DNA from: Nannocystis bainbridge
Lineage (GTDB): Bacteria > Myxococcota_A > Polyangia > Nannocystales > Nannocystaceae
DNA: 64,000 nucleotides
Assembly: GCF_028368995.1 (NCBI RefSeq)
Contig: NZ_JAQNDL010000001.1
Location: 224,001-288,000, forward strand
Direction: 5' to 3'
The position numbers and the translations under genes are program-made. Every line of letters starts with the position of its first letter. Position 1 is the stretch's first letter. The notes beneath the pieces were generated by a model. That model worked only from the letters and a program-made list of their open reading frames with translations, searched no databases and was not told the DNA's origin. Shown here piece after piece: positions 19,703-30,415 of the stretch.

Positions 19703-20734
19703 TTACTCGACCTCGGGAGAAGGCACGGCGCCCGAATTGGCGCGCGGCGTGGGCACCGGGACGTCGGCCCCGGGCGAGCGGATGTTGGCGCCGCGGGCGC
19801 TGGCGGCGATCCGGGCGTTGATCTTCTCCTGGAACTCGCGCGCCGAGTCGTGGCCGCGGAACTTCAACACCTGGTTGCGAGCGACGACCTCGATCAGCGA
19901 GGCGATGTTGCGCCCGGGTCGGAGCGGGATCCTGGCCAGAGGGACATCCACGCCGAGGATCGGCCACACCTGCGGCTCGGTGCCGAGGCGGTCGTAGTCC
20001 TCTTCCTGGGCCTCGCTGAGCTCGACGACGACCTCGATCTTCTTGTTGTCGCGCACGGCGGCGACGCCGAACAGGTGGGTGATGTTGAGGATCCCGAGGC
20101 CGCGGATCTCCATGTGGTGCTGGTGCATCTCGAGCGCGGCGCCCCACACGGTGTCGGGCGGACGCACCGAGACCTCGACGATGTCGTCGGCGACCAGGCG
20201 GTGGCCCTTGAGGATCAGGTCGAGCGCCGCCTCGCTCTTGCCGACGCCGCTGCGACCGATCAGCAGCAGGCCGACGCCGAGCACGTCGATGAGGACGCCG
20301 TGGATGGTGGCGCGCGGCGACAGCAGGTCCTCGAGCTTGCGCGTCAGTCGCGAGATGAAGACCGAGCTCATCATCGGGCTGCGCAGCACCGGCACGCCGT
20401 GGCGACGGGCGACCTCCATCAGGAAATCGGGCGGGTCGAGGCCGCGGGAGATCGCCAGACAGCACAGCGGCTTGCTGCAGAACGCCTCGAGCCCCGCCCT
20501 CGCCTGGTCCGGCGAGCAGCTCAGCAGGTAGTCGATCTCGGTGAGGCCGAGCACCTGGATCCGGTCGGGGAAGACGTGCTTGACGAAGCCCGACAGCGCG
20601 AGGCCGGGCTTTTGGATCCGCATGCTGGTGATCTTGCGGTCGAGCTCGCCCCAGTCGGACAGCAAGGTCAACTGGAGCGGTTCGGCGGTGGCGTCGAGGA
20701 ACTTGCCGACCTCGATCGAGGCATCTCTGCGCAT
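19703..20734 (-). CDS. hprK: HPr kinase/phosphorylase
   Basis: IQKPGLALSG, HGVLIDV, GRSGVGKSEAAL, LVADD, MEIRGLGI, PGRNIA. Confidence 0.95.
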   Translation of the reverse strand: MRRDASIEVGKFLDATAEPLQLTLLSDWGELDRKITSMRIQKPGLALSGFVKHVFPDRIQVLGLTEIDYLLSCSPDQARAGLEAFCSKPLCCLAISRGLDPPDFLMEVARRHGVPVLRSPMMSSVFISRLTRKLEDLLSPRATIHGVLIDVLGVGLLLIGRSGVGKSEAALDLILKGHRLVADDIVEVSVRPPDTVWGAALEMHQHHMEIRGLGILNITHLFGVAAVRDNKKIEVVVELSEAQEEDYDRLGTEPQVWPILGVDVPLARIPLRPGRNIASLIEVVARNQVLKFRGHDSAREFQEKINARIAASARGANIRSPGADVPVPTPRANSGAVPSPEVE

Positions 20735-20802
20735 GGTGAGCGCAGTCTAGCAGGGGCCGCCCGGCGGGCGCGAGGGCCCGCGGGGCGCGCCTGCGGGGCC
20801 GG

Positions 20803-21480
20803 TCACGTCGCGGCGATGGCCTCGGCCTCGGCCTCGTTGGGCTCGATGAGGCCGTAGTTGCCGTCTTCGCGCACGTAGACGACGTTGATCTCGCCGGAGC
20901 CGGCGTTGGTGAACACATAGAACTGCTTGTGAAGCAGGTTCATCTGCATGATCGCGCCCTCGACGGTCATGCGCTCGGTCGTGAACTCGGTCTGGCGGAT
21001 GACGACCGGGCGGGAGTCCGGCTTGGCGTGGGCGTGGGCGTGGGCGTGACCGTTGCCGTTCCCGTTGCTGAGGGCGGCGACGGTGGCGGCGGCCTCGGCG
21101 GCGGCGTCCTCCTCCTCGACGATCTGGTCGACCATGCTCTCGGCGGCGATGACCCCGAGGCGGACCTTGGCCGAGCGGCCCTCATTGCCCTTATGGTGCT
21201 TGATCCGCGCCTTGTAGCGCCGGACCTGCCGCTCCATCTTGGCCAGCGCCATGTCGACCGACGAGTACATGTTCTCGGTCGACTCCTGGGCGTGCAGTTG
21301 CAGGCCGTTGCGCAGGGTGACGTCGAACGCGGCGATGTGCATCACCTTGTCGACGGTGAACGTGCAGCTCACCCGCAACGGCTCGGCGAAGTAGCGCTTG
21401 ATCTTCTCGAGGCGCTCCTCGGCGTAGCCGCGCAGGGCGGTGGAAGACTCCATCTGGCGGAAAACGAAGTGAGTCTGCAT
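20803..21480 (-). CDS. hpf: Ribosome hibernation promoting factor, long form
   Basis: N-terminal RaiA domain (ENMYSSVDMALAKMERQVRRYK) and C-terminal dimerisation domain (FYVFTN..INVVYVREDGNYGLIEP); downstream of rpoN. Confidence 0.92.
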   Translation of the reverse strand: MQTHFVFRQMESSTALRGYAEERLEKIKRYFAEPLRVSCTFTVDKVMHIAAFDVTLRNGLQLHAQESTENMYSSVDMALAKMERQVRRYKARIKHHKGNEGRSAKVRLGVIAAESMVDQIVEEEDAAAEAAATVAALSNGNGNGHAHAHAHAKPDSRPVVIRQTEFTTERMTVEGAIMQMNLLHKQFYVFTNAGSGEINVVYVREDGNYGLIEPNEAEAEAIAAT

Positions 21481-21576
21481 CGATCGGGCACCTTCTTGGT
21501 GGGTTTGGCTCCGGCCGAAGGCCGGCGTCTTCTGATTGTCTGACCGCAAGGCCAGGAAAGGCCAGGCAAATCGGGC

Positions 21577-23061
21577 TTAAAAGAGCTTACGGCGTTTCGC
21601 GCTGGAGAGCACGCCGAGCTGCTCGCGGTATTTGGCGACCGTCCGCCGGGCGATGTCGATGCCCTCCTCCTGCAAGAGCTCGACGAGCCGCTGATCACTG
21701 TACGGATGAGCCTCGTCCTCGAGGTCGATGAGCTTCTTGATGCGCTCCTTGACGGCCTCGCTGGCGAGGTCGTCGCCGGTGGTGCGGCTGATGCCGGCGT
21801 TGAAGAAATACTTGAGCTCGAAGATACCCAGCGGGGTGTGCACGTACTTGTTGGTGGTCACCCGCGAGACCGTCGACTCGTGCATCTCGATGTCCTCGGC
21901 GACGTCCTTGAGGATCAGCGGCCGCAAGTGCTGCGGGCCGCGCTCGAAGAACTCGCGCTGGAACTTGAGGATGCTCTTCGTGACCTTGATGATGGTGCGC
22001 TGGCGCTGCTGGATCGAGCGGATGAGCCACTGCGCCGAGCGCATGCGTTCGTGGATGTACTCTTTGGCCTTGGGGTGCTCGCCCACGGCCTCTTTGTAGA
22101 GCCCGCTGATGCGCAGCCGCGGCAGGCCGTCTTCGTTCAGCGTGACCAGGAGCTCCTCGCCGACCTTGATGATGTACACGTCGGGGGTGATGTATTGCGG
22201 CTGCTCGACCCCGTAGGCCCGCGCCGGCCGTGGGTCCATGCCCATGATCACTTTGGTCGCCTCGTAGACCTCCTCGAGCGCCTCGCCGGTATCCCGGGCC
22301 ACCGCCTGGTAGTTGCGGATCTCGAGGTTGTGCAGGTGCTTGGCGATGATCGCCCGCACCAGCGGATCCTCGACCGGGTGCTCGGGGTGGTTGGCCTGCA
22401 CCCACAAGCACTCGGCGAGGTTGCGCGAGCCGATCGCCACCGGGTCGAGCTGCTGGATCTTGCGCATCAGCGTCTCGACCTTGAGCGTCGACACGCCGAG
22501 CTTGCGCGCGATCTGGGTGGCGCTCTCCTGCAAGTAACCCGCGGGCGACAGGCAGCGCACGATGTACTCGGCGACGTCCTCGCCGGTCTCGTCGAAGTTG
22601 GAGAGCCGCACCTGCCACATCAGGTGCTCGGCCAGCGTCTCGGCGCGGGTCAGCGTCGCCTCGAGCGAGGGCCCCTCTTCGTCGTCGTTGTTGTTCCTCG
22701 TGGCGCCGGTGGCCGACGGCGGCATGTACTCCATAGAGTCGGCGTAGGCGTCCCAGTCGGCGCCTTCCTTGGGCACCTCGTCGGCCTTGACCTCGGGCGC
22801 GCTGCGCTCGGGCTCCGCCTGGGCCTGCTCCTGCTGCGGCGCGTCGACCGCGTCCTGCAGCTCGACCGAGCTCACCGGCTCCTCGGCGCTGGTGCCGATC
22901 TCGTGCGCCTCCTCGAGCAGCGGGTTCTCCATCAGCTCGCTGCGCACCAGGTCGACGAGCTCGGGACGGGACAGCTGAAGCAGCTTGATGGCCTGCTGGA
23001 GCTGCGGCGTCATCACGAGCTGCGTGCTCATCCGCAAGTCTTGGCGCATCTGAAGTGCCAT
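21577..23061 (-). CDS. rpoN: RNA polymerase sigma-54 factor
   Basis: MTPQLQQAIKLLQL, HESTVSR, RpoN box ARRTVAKYRE. Confidence 0.97.
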   Translation of the reverse strand: MALQMRQDLRMSTQLVMTPQLQQAIKLLQLSRPELVDLVRSELMENPLLEEAHEIGTSAEEPVSSVELQDAVDAPQQEQAQAEPERSAPEVKADEVPKEGADWDAYADSMEYMPPSATGATRNNNDDEEGPSLEATLTRAETLAEHLMWQVRLSNFDETGEDVAEYIVRCLSPAGYLQESATQIARKLGVSTLKVETLMRKIQQLDPVAIGSRNLAECLWVQANHPEHPVEDPLVRAIIAKHLHNLEIRNYQAVARDTGEALEEVYEATKVIMGMDPRPARAYGVEQPQYITPDVYIIKVGEELLVTLNEDGLPRLRISGLYKEAVGEHPKAKEYIHERMRSAQWLIRSIQQRQRTIIKVTKSILKFQREFFERGPQHLRPLILKDVAEDIEMHESTVSRVTTNKYVHTPLGIFELKYFFNAGISRTTGDDLASEAVKERIKKLIDLEDEAHPYSDQRLVELLQEEGIDIARRTVAKYREQLGVLSSAKRRKLF

Positions 23062-23259
23062 GGTCCCTCGCCTCGCTAAACCAGTAATTTAGCAGAGCGT
23101 ACACCTGGAACCAACGACAACGAGGCGGGTGCCCCCCGCACCCACCTCAGCGCTCGCATGCGTCGTCGGGCCGCTTGTTCCACGCGGCGCCGCGAATTGC
23201 AGCGCAAGACCCGGCGCGATCTCTGGGGCCCCGCTGGGCCCCGACCGGACCGCCGGGCC

Positions 23260-24945
<1,686 letters not shown>

Positions 24946-24980
24946 CTAGCTCACGCGACGCGCAGAAAAATCGCGAGCCG

Positions 24981-26495
24981 TCAGCCGCGCCAGCGGGCCG
25001 AACGGCGCCACGCCGATGCGTCGGCCTCGCCGCCCGGAGCCGACGCAGACGCACGCGAGAGCGACTCGGCGGCTCGCACGGCGGCGGCGGCGGCGATCGC
25101 CCGCGCATCGGCGTCGCTCGGGACGTGCTCGGCGACGAGGTCGGGGTGCTTGTCGATGTAGCGGGTCGAGAAGTCGCCGGCGAGGAAGTCGGGCTCGTCG
25201 AGGCAGCGCAGGTGGAAGGCGAGGTTGGTCTCGATGCCGAGGACGACGGTCTCGCGCAGGGCCTCGCGCATGCGGGCCAGCGCGGCGGCGCGGTCGGGGC
25301 CCCAGGTGGTGATCTTGGCGATCATCGGGTCGTAGAAGCGCGAGACGACGCTGCCCGAGGCGACGGCGGTGTCGATGCGGAGGTTGGCGCCGACCGGCCA
25401 GCGGACCAGGCGCACCTGCCCTGGCGAGGGCAGGAACTTGCGCGGGTCCTCGGCGTAGACGCGGCACTCGACGGCGTGGCCGCGCAGCTCGACGTCGGCC
25501 TGGGTGTAGCCGAGCGGCTGGCCGGCGGCGACGCGGATCTGGTCCCACACGAGGTCGCGGCCGCAGGTGGCCTCGGTCACCGGGTGCTCGACCTGCAGCC
25601 TCGTGTTCATCTCGAGGAAGTAGAAGCGCGGGCCCTTGGCTGTCTCTTCGAACAGGAACTCGACGGTGCCGGCGCCGGTGTAGTCGACGGCCTTGGCGGC
25701 GCGCACGGCCACCTCGCCCATCGCCTGCCGCACCTCGGGCGTCATCTGCGGGCTCGGGCTGGGGCTCTCCTCGATGACCTTCTGGTGGCGCCGCTGGACC
25801 GAGCAGTCGCGCTCGTTGAGGTACACGGTCTCGCCGAACTGGTCGGCCATCAGCTGGATCTCGACGTGGCGCGCGTTCAACACGGCGCGCTCCATCAGCA
25901 TGCGGTCGTCGCCGAACGAGGCCTTGGCCTCGCGCGCGGCGCCCTCGTAGGCCCGCCGCAGCTCGCTGGCCTCGTGCACGATCCGCATGCCCTTGCCGCC
26001 GCCGCCCGCCGAGGCCTTGAGCATCACCGGGAAGCCGATCTCGCGCGCCGCGGCCTCGGCTTGCTCGGCGTCGGCGATGTCGTCGAAGCCCGGCACCACC
26101 GGCACGCCGGCCTCGCGCATCGCCTTGCGCGCGCCGGCCTTGTCGCCCATCACGTTCATCGCGTGGGCGCTCGGGCCGATGAACACCACGCCGGCCTCCT
26201 TGCAGGCCTCGACGAAGTAGGCGCGCTCGCTGAGGAAGCCGTAGCCGGGGTGGATGGCCTCGGCGCCGGTGGCCTTGGCGGCGGCGAGGATCCGCTCGAC
26301 GCGCAGGTAACTGTCGGCGGCCGGCGCGGCGCCGATGTGCACCGATTCGTCGGCCATGGTGGTGTGGAGGGCGTCGCGGTCGGCGTCGCTGAACACGGCC
26401 ACGGTGGCGATCCCACGCTCGGCGCAGGTCCGGAACACGCGCAGGGCGATCTCACCGCGGTTGGCGACCAGGATCTTGCGAAAAGGCGGCGTCAT
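24981..26495 (-). CDS. accC: Acyl-CoA carboxylase biotin carboxylase subunit (no fused BCCP domain)
   Basis: ANRGEIA, HPGYGFLSE, GGGGKG, RDCSVQRRHQK, EMNTRLQVEHPVTE; no EAMKM biotinylation motif. Confidence 0.88.
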   Translation of the reverse strand: MTPPFRKILVANRGEIALRVFRTCAERGIATVAVFSDADRDALHTTMADESVHIGAAPAADSYLRVERILAAAKATGAEAIHPGYGFLSERAYFVEACKEAGVVFIGPSAHAMNVMGDKAGARKAMREAGVPVVPGFDDIADAEQAEAAAREIGFPVMLKASAGGGGKGMRIVHEASELRRAYEGAAREAKASFGDDRMLMERAVLNARHVEIQLMADQFGETVYLNERDCSVQRRHQKVIEESPSPSPQMTPEVRQAMGEVAVRAAKAVDYTGAGTVEFLFEETAKGPRFYFLEMNTRLQVEHPVTEATCGRDLVWDQIRVAAGQPLGYTQADVELRGHAVECRVYAEDPRKFLPSPGQVRLVRWPVGANLRIDTAVASGSVVSRFYDPMIAKITTWGPDRAAALARMREALRETVVLGIETNLAFHLRCLDEPDFLAGDFSTRYIDKHPDLVAEHVPSDADARAIAAAAAVRAAESLSRASASAPGGEADASAWRRSARWRG

Positions 26496-26540
26496 GGCGG
26501 AACGCCGGATCGGTAGCACAAAACGCCGGACGGCGCGGCC

Positions 26541-26876
26541 TCACCGGTGCGGGGGCGCGGGCTGCCAGGGACCGAGCGCGCCGGGCTGCTCCAGCGGGAT
26601 TTCCGGCCCGGCGAGCGCGTCCACGGGGCCGGTCGGACCGGACGCGGCCGGCTTCATGGATTCGTCTTCATGCGCGTCGCCCTGCCCGCCCGCGGCGCTC
26701 ACCGGGCGCTCGGGCACGCCGATCGGGGTGGCCATGGGCGGCGGCGGCGGGGTCGGCCACAGTGGCGGCGGGGTCTTGTCGACGCAGCCGGTCACCGCAA
26801 GGAGCACGAACGGCCCGAACACGGCCACGAGCACCTCTGCGGTGCTGCGGCGCGGGCTCGAGCCGGACGGACGCAC
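26541..26876 (-). CDS. Small Pro-rich putative lipoprotein
   Basis: Hydrophobic stretch ending in lipobox LAVTGC, followed by a Pro-rich segment. Confidence 0.5.
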   Translation of the reverse strand: MRPSGSSPRRSTAEVLVAVFGPFVLLAVTGCVDKTPPPLWPTPPPPPMATPIGVPERPVSAAGGQGDAHEDESMKPAASGPTGPVDALAGPEIPLEQPGALGPWQPAPPHR

Positions 26877-26893
26877 AGAGCTCCTCGGGCGGG

Positions 26894-27454
26894 CTACTCG
26901 TCGTCCTCTTCGGTCTCGTTGCCGGTGAGCTCTTCGTCGTCCAGGCCCGTCTCGTCGAGGTCCTCGAGGCCGGCGGCGTCGTCGAGGTCGGGCGCGGGGC
27001 CCAGCTCCTCTTCTTCTTCGGCGGCTTCCTCGGTCTCGGTCTCGGTCTCCTCGACGTCGACGTTGTCGTCGCCCTCGGTGGACTCGGGGGCCATGCCGAC
27101 CTTCTCGAAGTCCGCGGTGAGCTCGGGGATCGTGTCACCCTCTTCCGATTCCTCCTCGCCCTCGATCACGCTGAAGGCCGCGGCCTCGAGGAAGGTGTTG
27201 TCGTTGCTGGTGAGCTTGAGCTTCTGGCGCTGCTCTTCGATGTACTCGAGCATGACGCCGTTGATCTGCTCTTGGTAGCGGACCTGGCCGCCCTCGATCT
27301 CGCGGAGGGCGGTGACGGCCTGCTTGTTGTCGCAGACGACCTGGGCGGTGCCCTTGCCCTCCAGCAGCGCCCGGGCCCGACGGGCGGCCAGGATCGTGAG
27401 GGCGAAGCGGTTGGGGATCAGCTCGAGGCAGTCTTCGACGGTGACGCGGGCCAT
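26894..27454 (-). CDS. rpoZ: RNA polymerase omega subunit with long acidic C-terminal tail
   Basis: MARVTVEDCL, NRFALTILAARRAR, NKQAVTALREI. Confidence 0.93.
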   Translation of the reverse strand: MARVTVEDCLELIPNRFALTILAARRARALLEGKGTAQVVCDNKQAVTALREIEGGQVRYQEQINGVMLEYIEEQRQKLKLTSNDNTFLEAAAFSVIEGEEESEEGDTIPELTADFEKVGMAPESTEGDDNVDVEETETETEEAAEEEEELGPAPDLDDAAGLEDLDETGLDDEELTGNETEEDDE

Positions 27455-27547
27455 GGGGGGCGGAGTATGGGGGGAGAGGGGCGAAGGCGCAAGTGCCAGC
27501 CGGACGGCCCCCAGGGGCCGTTCACGGCGAACCAGGGCGGGTATGAC

Positions 27548-27979
27548 TCACATCTCGATGAGCAGCTGCTGGCCGCGCTCGCGCAGGTCGAGGGTGTCGC
27601 GGACCCAGGCGATGAAGGCAGTCGCGTGCTCGCGGCGGAAGTTGAAGGCCTCGGCCAGGAACAGCAGCGCCTCCATCTCGCCGTCGACGATCTTGTTGTC
27701 GGCGAGGGCGGCGCAGACGGCCTGATAGAACAGGAAGATCCGCGCCTCGCGGTGCTGGACCGACCGCGCCACGTTGGAAAGATCGGACGGGTGGGAGAAC
27801 TCGCGGCGGACCAGGTCGCGCTCCTCGGGGAGCAGCATCATCTGGCCCATCAGCTCTTCGACGAAGTGGCGCTCGCTGTCGGAGACCTGATTGTCGCGGG
27901 ATGCCATGATCGCCACGGCGCGGGCGACAGCCACCTGCTCCTCGGGGGTGATGAGCTCTGCGATCGGGAAGTCGAGCAT
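27548..27979 (-). CDS. TerB-family protein
   Basis: Two TerB-type motifs: MASRDNQVSDSER and ALADNKIVDGEM. Confidence 0.75.
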   Translation of the reverse strand: MLDFPIAELITPEEQVAVARAVAIMASRDNQVSDSERHFVEELMGQMMLLPEERDLVRREFSHPSDLSNVARSVQHREARIFLFYQAVCAALADNKIVDGEMEALLFLAEAFNFRREHATAFIAWVRDTLDLRERGQQLLIEM

Positions 27980-28168
27980 CCGCTTACTCCAGTGCGCCCA
28001 GGCTAACCCAAGTCCCGAGTCCTGGATAGCCGGCGCGGGCGCGCGTCGGCGGGCCTGAAATCACTGCGCGCCCGGCCGCAAACAGGCGTGCGGACCGCGA
28101 GCGGACCGCGCGCCGCGACGGGGCGCGGAGTAGATCTCCCGCGCGGCGCGACCGGGCGCCCACGGCTC

Positions 28169-29809
28169 TCACTCGGCAGCCTTGAGCCGATCCGGGCGGT
28201 GCAGCCAGCGAACGGCGGTCGGCTCGACGGCGCTGTCGCCCTCGGGCGCGCGCAGGTTCAGCCGCTGCAGCTCGCGCGCGTCGAAGTCGGCCGGCAGCGG
28301 CGCGACGATGTTGAGGGTGGTGCCGTGCGGCCGGATGCTGACCTGGGCGGCGACCGGCGTGGTGCCGTCGGCGAACTCGAACTCGACGGAGTGCGTGGCG
28401 CTGCGCGGCGCGTCGGCCTCGAGCGAGCCGGGCGCGGTCCACCAGATCTGCTGACCGTCGTCGATGGCGCCGAGCAGCAGGCCGCCCTCGCCCGGGTGAT
28501 CGTGGCCCGGGGCCGGCGCGCCCTCGAGGTCCCAGCCGCTGAGGGTCCGGATCCGCTGGTAGGTCGCGTTCCACTGCCAGTCGGACACCCAGGTCGAGCC
28601 GCAGTAGCTCATGTAGTCGGAGTGGGTGCTCGGGTGGCGCAGGCGGATGTCCTGGATGCCGAAGCCCCACACGCCGATGACGCCGTTGTCGTGCGGGTAG
28701 GTGCCGTCGTTGCCCTGCGAGTTGCCACCGGGGCACTCGATGTGGCGCCGGCCCTGGGTGTGCCCGATCTCGTGGACGAAGGTGTCCTCGGGGCGGCCGA
28801 TCATCTGCCCGGCGGCGGCCCGGCGCGTGGCGTCGGATTTGGTCGCGCCGGTGATGTCGGCCGCGAGACCGACGGTGCAGCCGGTGGCGATGCCGCCGCC
28901 GCCGCCGATGCACTCGCCGCAGTTGTCGAACAGACCGTAGTAGTAGACGCTGGGGTCGGCGCCCTCGGCGGTGCGCAGCTGGCTCATCTCGCTGACGAGC
29001 CGCGACAGGCCCTGGTAGGCGGTCATGTCGAAGGTCACCGGGTACGGCTCGTGGACGGTGAACTCGAGCGACTCGAGCGCGTTCTGCTGGAACAGCGCCT
29101 GCTTGAACTTGCCCTCCACGGCGGCGCCGTCGACGGTCGTCTTGCAGCTGCCGAAGTCGTAGGCGACCGGGACGAGCACGACGCGCATGTTGGTGACCGC
29201 ATCCTCGACGCCGACGAAGGCGGTGCCGGTGTACGGGGCCTGCGGCGGCACGTCACCCTCGGGGCTGTCCTCTTGGCCAGGTGCAGTCTCCCACACGGTG
29301 ATGCTGTACTTGAGGCCAGGTTGCATGTGCTCGGCCTTGACGCCGAACGAGAAGGTGCTCTTGAGGTCGGAGTCGCGCGAGTCGTTCTCGACCAGCATCG
29401 TCGACTTGTAGACCTTGTCGACGCCGCCGCCGGTGAGGTGCAGCTGGGCCTCGAGCTCGCGCGGGACCCAGCCCTCGGGCAGCTTGAAGTAGGCGCGGAC
29501 CATGGTGTCGCGACGGGCCGGCAGGTAGGCCCCGCGCTCGGCCCCCGGCACGTCGGCGCCGTCCTTGCCGATCGGCACCGCGACGCCGGAGTTCGCCTCG
29601 ACGCGGTCGATGACGATCCCGCCGCGCGCCAGGAACGGCTCGAAGGCCTCGCCCGTGGTCGGCTCGGCGGTCGTACCGCCCGTCGCGTCGGTGTCGGTGG
29701 CGCTCGTACCGTCCGTGCCGACTCCGTCCGTACCTGAGGCACTCAGGTCGATAGAGCACGCGGCGGAGACACAGAGGAGGGGCGCGATGGCGAAGGCAGA
29801 GCGCAGCAT
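28169..29809 (-). CDS. Lipoprotein zinc metalloprotease (metzincin, M66-like)
   Basis: Lipobox VSAAC; Thr/Gly/Asp linker; HEIGHTQGRRH (HExxHxxGxxH); Met-turn DYMSY. Confidence 0.8.
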   Translation of the reverse strand: MLRSAFAIAPLLCVSAACSIDLSASGTDGVGTDGTSATDTDATGGTTAEPTTGEAFEPFLARGGIVIDRVEANSGVAVPIGKDGADVPGAERGAYLPARRDTMVRAYFKLPEGWVPRELEAQLHLTGGGVDKVYKSTMLVENDSRDSDLKSTFSFGVKAEHMQPGLKYSITVWETAPGQEDSPEGDVPPQAPYTGTAFVGVEDAVTNMRVVLVPVAYDFGSCKTTVDGAAVEGKFKQALFQQNALESLEFTVHEPYPVTFDMTAYQGLSRLVSEMSQLRTAEGADPSVYYYGLFDNCGECIGGGGGIATGCTVGLAADITGATKSDATRRAAAGQMIGRPEDTFVHEIGHTQGRRHIECPGGNSQGNDGTYPHDNGVIGVWGFGIQDIRLRHPSTHSDYMSYCGSTWVSDWQWNATYQRIRTLSGWDLEGAPAPGHDHPGEGGLLLGAIDDGQQIWWTAPGSLEADAPRSATHSVEFEFADGTTPVAAQVSIRPHGTTLNIVAPLPADFDARELQRLNLRAPEGDSAVEPTAVRWLHRPDRLKAAE

Positions 29810-29998
29810 GTTTCGGAACTTACGTTTTTTTTAGAAGGCTCTCAACTAACAAAACCCCGCCAAACCGGGGAAAGCTGGCGCGGAATATGTGAGTCAGCGC
29901 GCGATCGCGCCGTTGACAAGCGCGCGCTCGCAAGCGCAGGTAGGGCCCTCGCCTGGCCGGAACCCGGTCCGAGGCGCGCTGCTTGACAAGTCATCCAC

Positions 29999-30205
29999 GC
30001 ACGCGGTCGGGCTGGATCTCCAGCCCGGTTCGAAGAGGGAAATCGGTGCGGTGCCTCGACTCACGTCGAGCGCCCAGTCCGATGCGGCTCCCGCCACTGT
30101 GAACGGCGACGAGACCGGCGACCCCGCAAGGGGACCACTGCGGCCATGGGCCGTGGGAAGGCGCCGGTCGAGGATGACCCGTAAGCCAGGAGACCTGCCG
30201 TGTGC
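29999..30205 (+). ncRNA. Cobalamin riboswitch
   Basis: AAGAGGGAA, CGGTG, CCCGCCACTGTGA, ACCACTG...GGGAAGG and B12 box AGCCAGGAGACCTGCC, upstream of a TonB-dependent receptor. Boundaries approximate. Confidence 0.92.
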
Positions 30206-30415
30206 CATGTCCGCCCGCGCCTTTCGGCCGCGGCGGGAGGTCGCGGGAGTTCGACCTCGGGCGCGTCTCGGCGTGGCCCCCGACTCCTGCGATCGCAGCA
30301 CGGCCCGAGGCCGTGACGGCGCCCCGGCTCTCCGGCCGGGGCCTGGTGAGACGGGAGTTCACTCGCCATCGCAATCGCCCCCTTCATACCGCGCCTCCGC
30401 GGCCTCGTCCGCGCC

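Noticed and set aside
29913-29990. Two TTGACA hexamers as sigma-70 -35 elements for the B12 operon
   Set aside because: No credible -10 element at 16-18 bp spacing from either copy.
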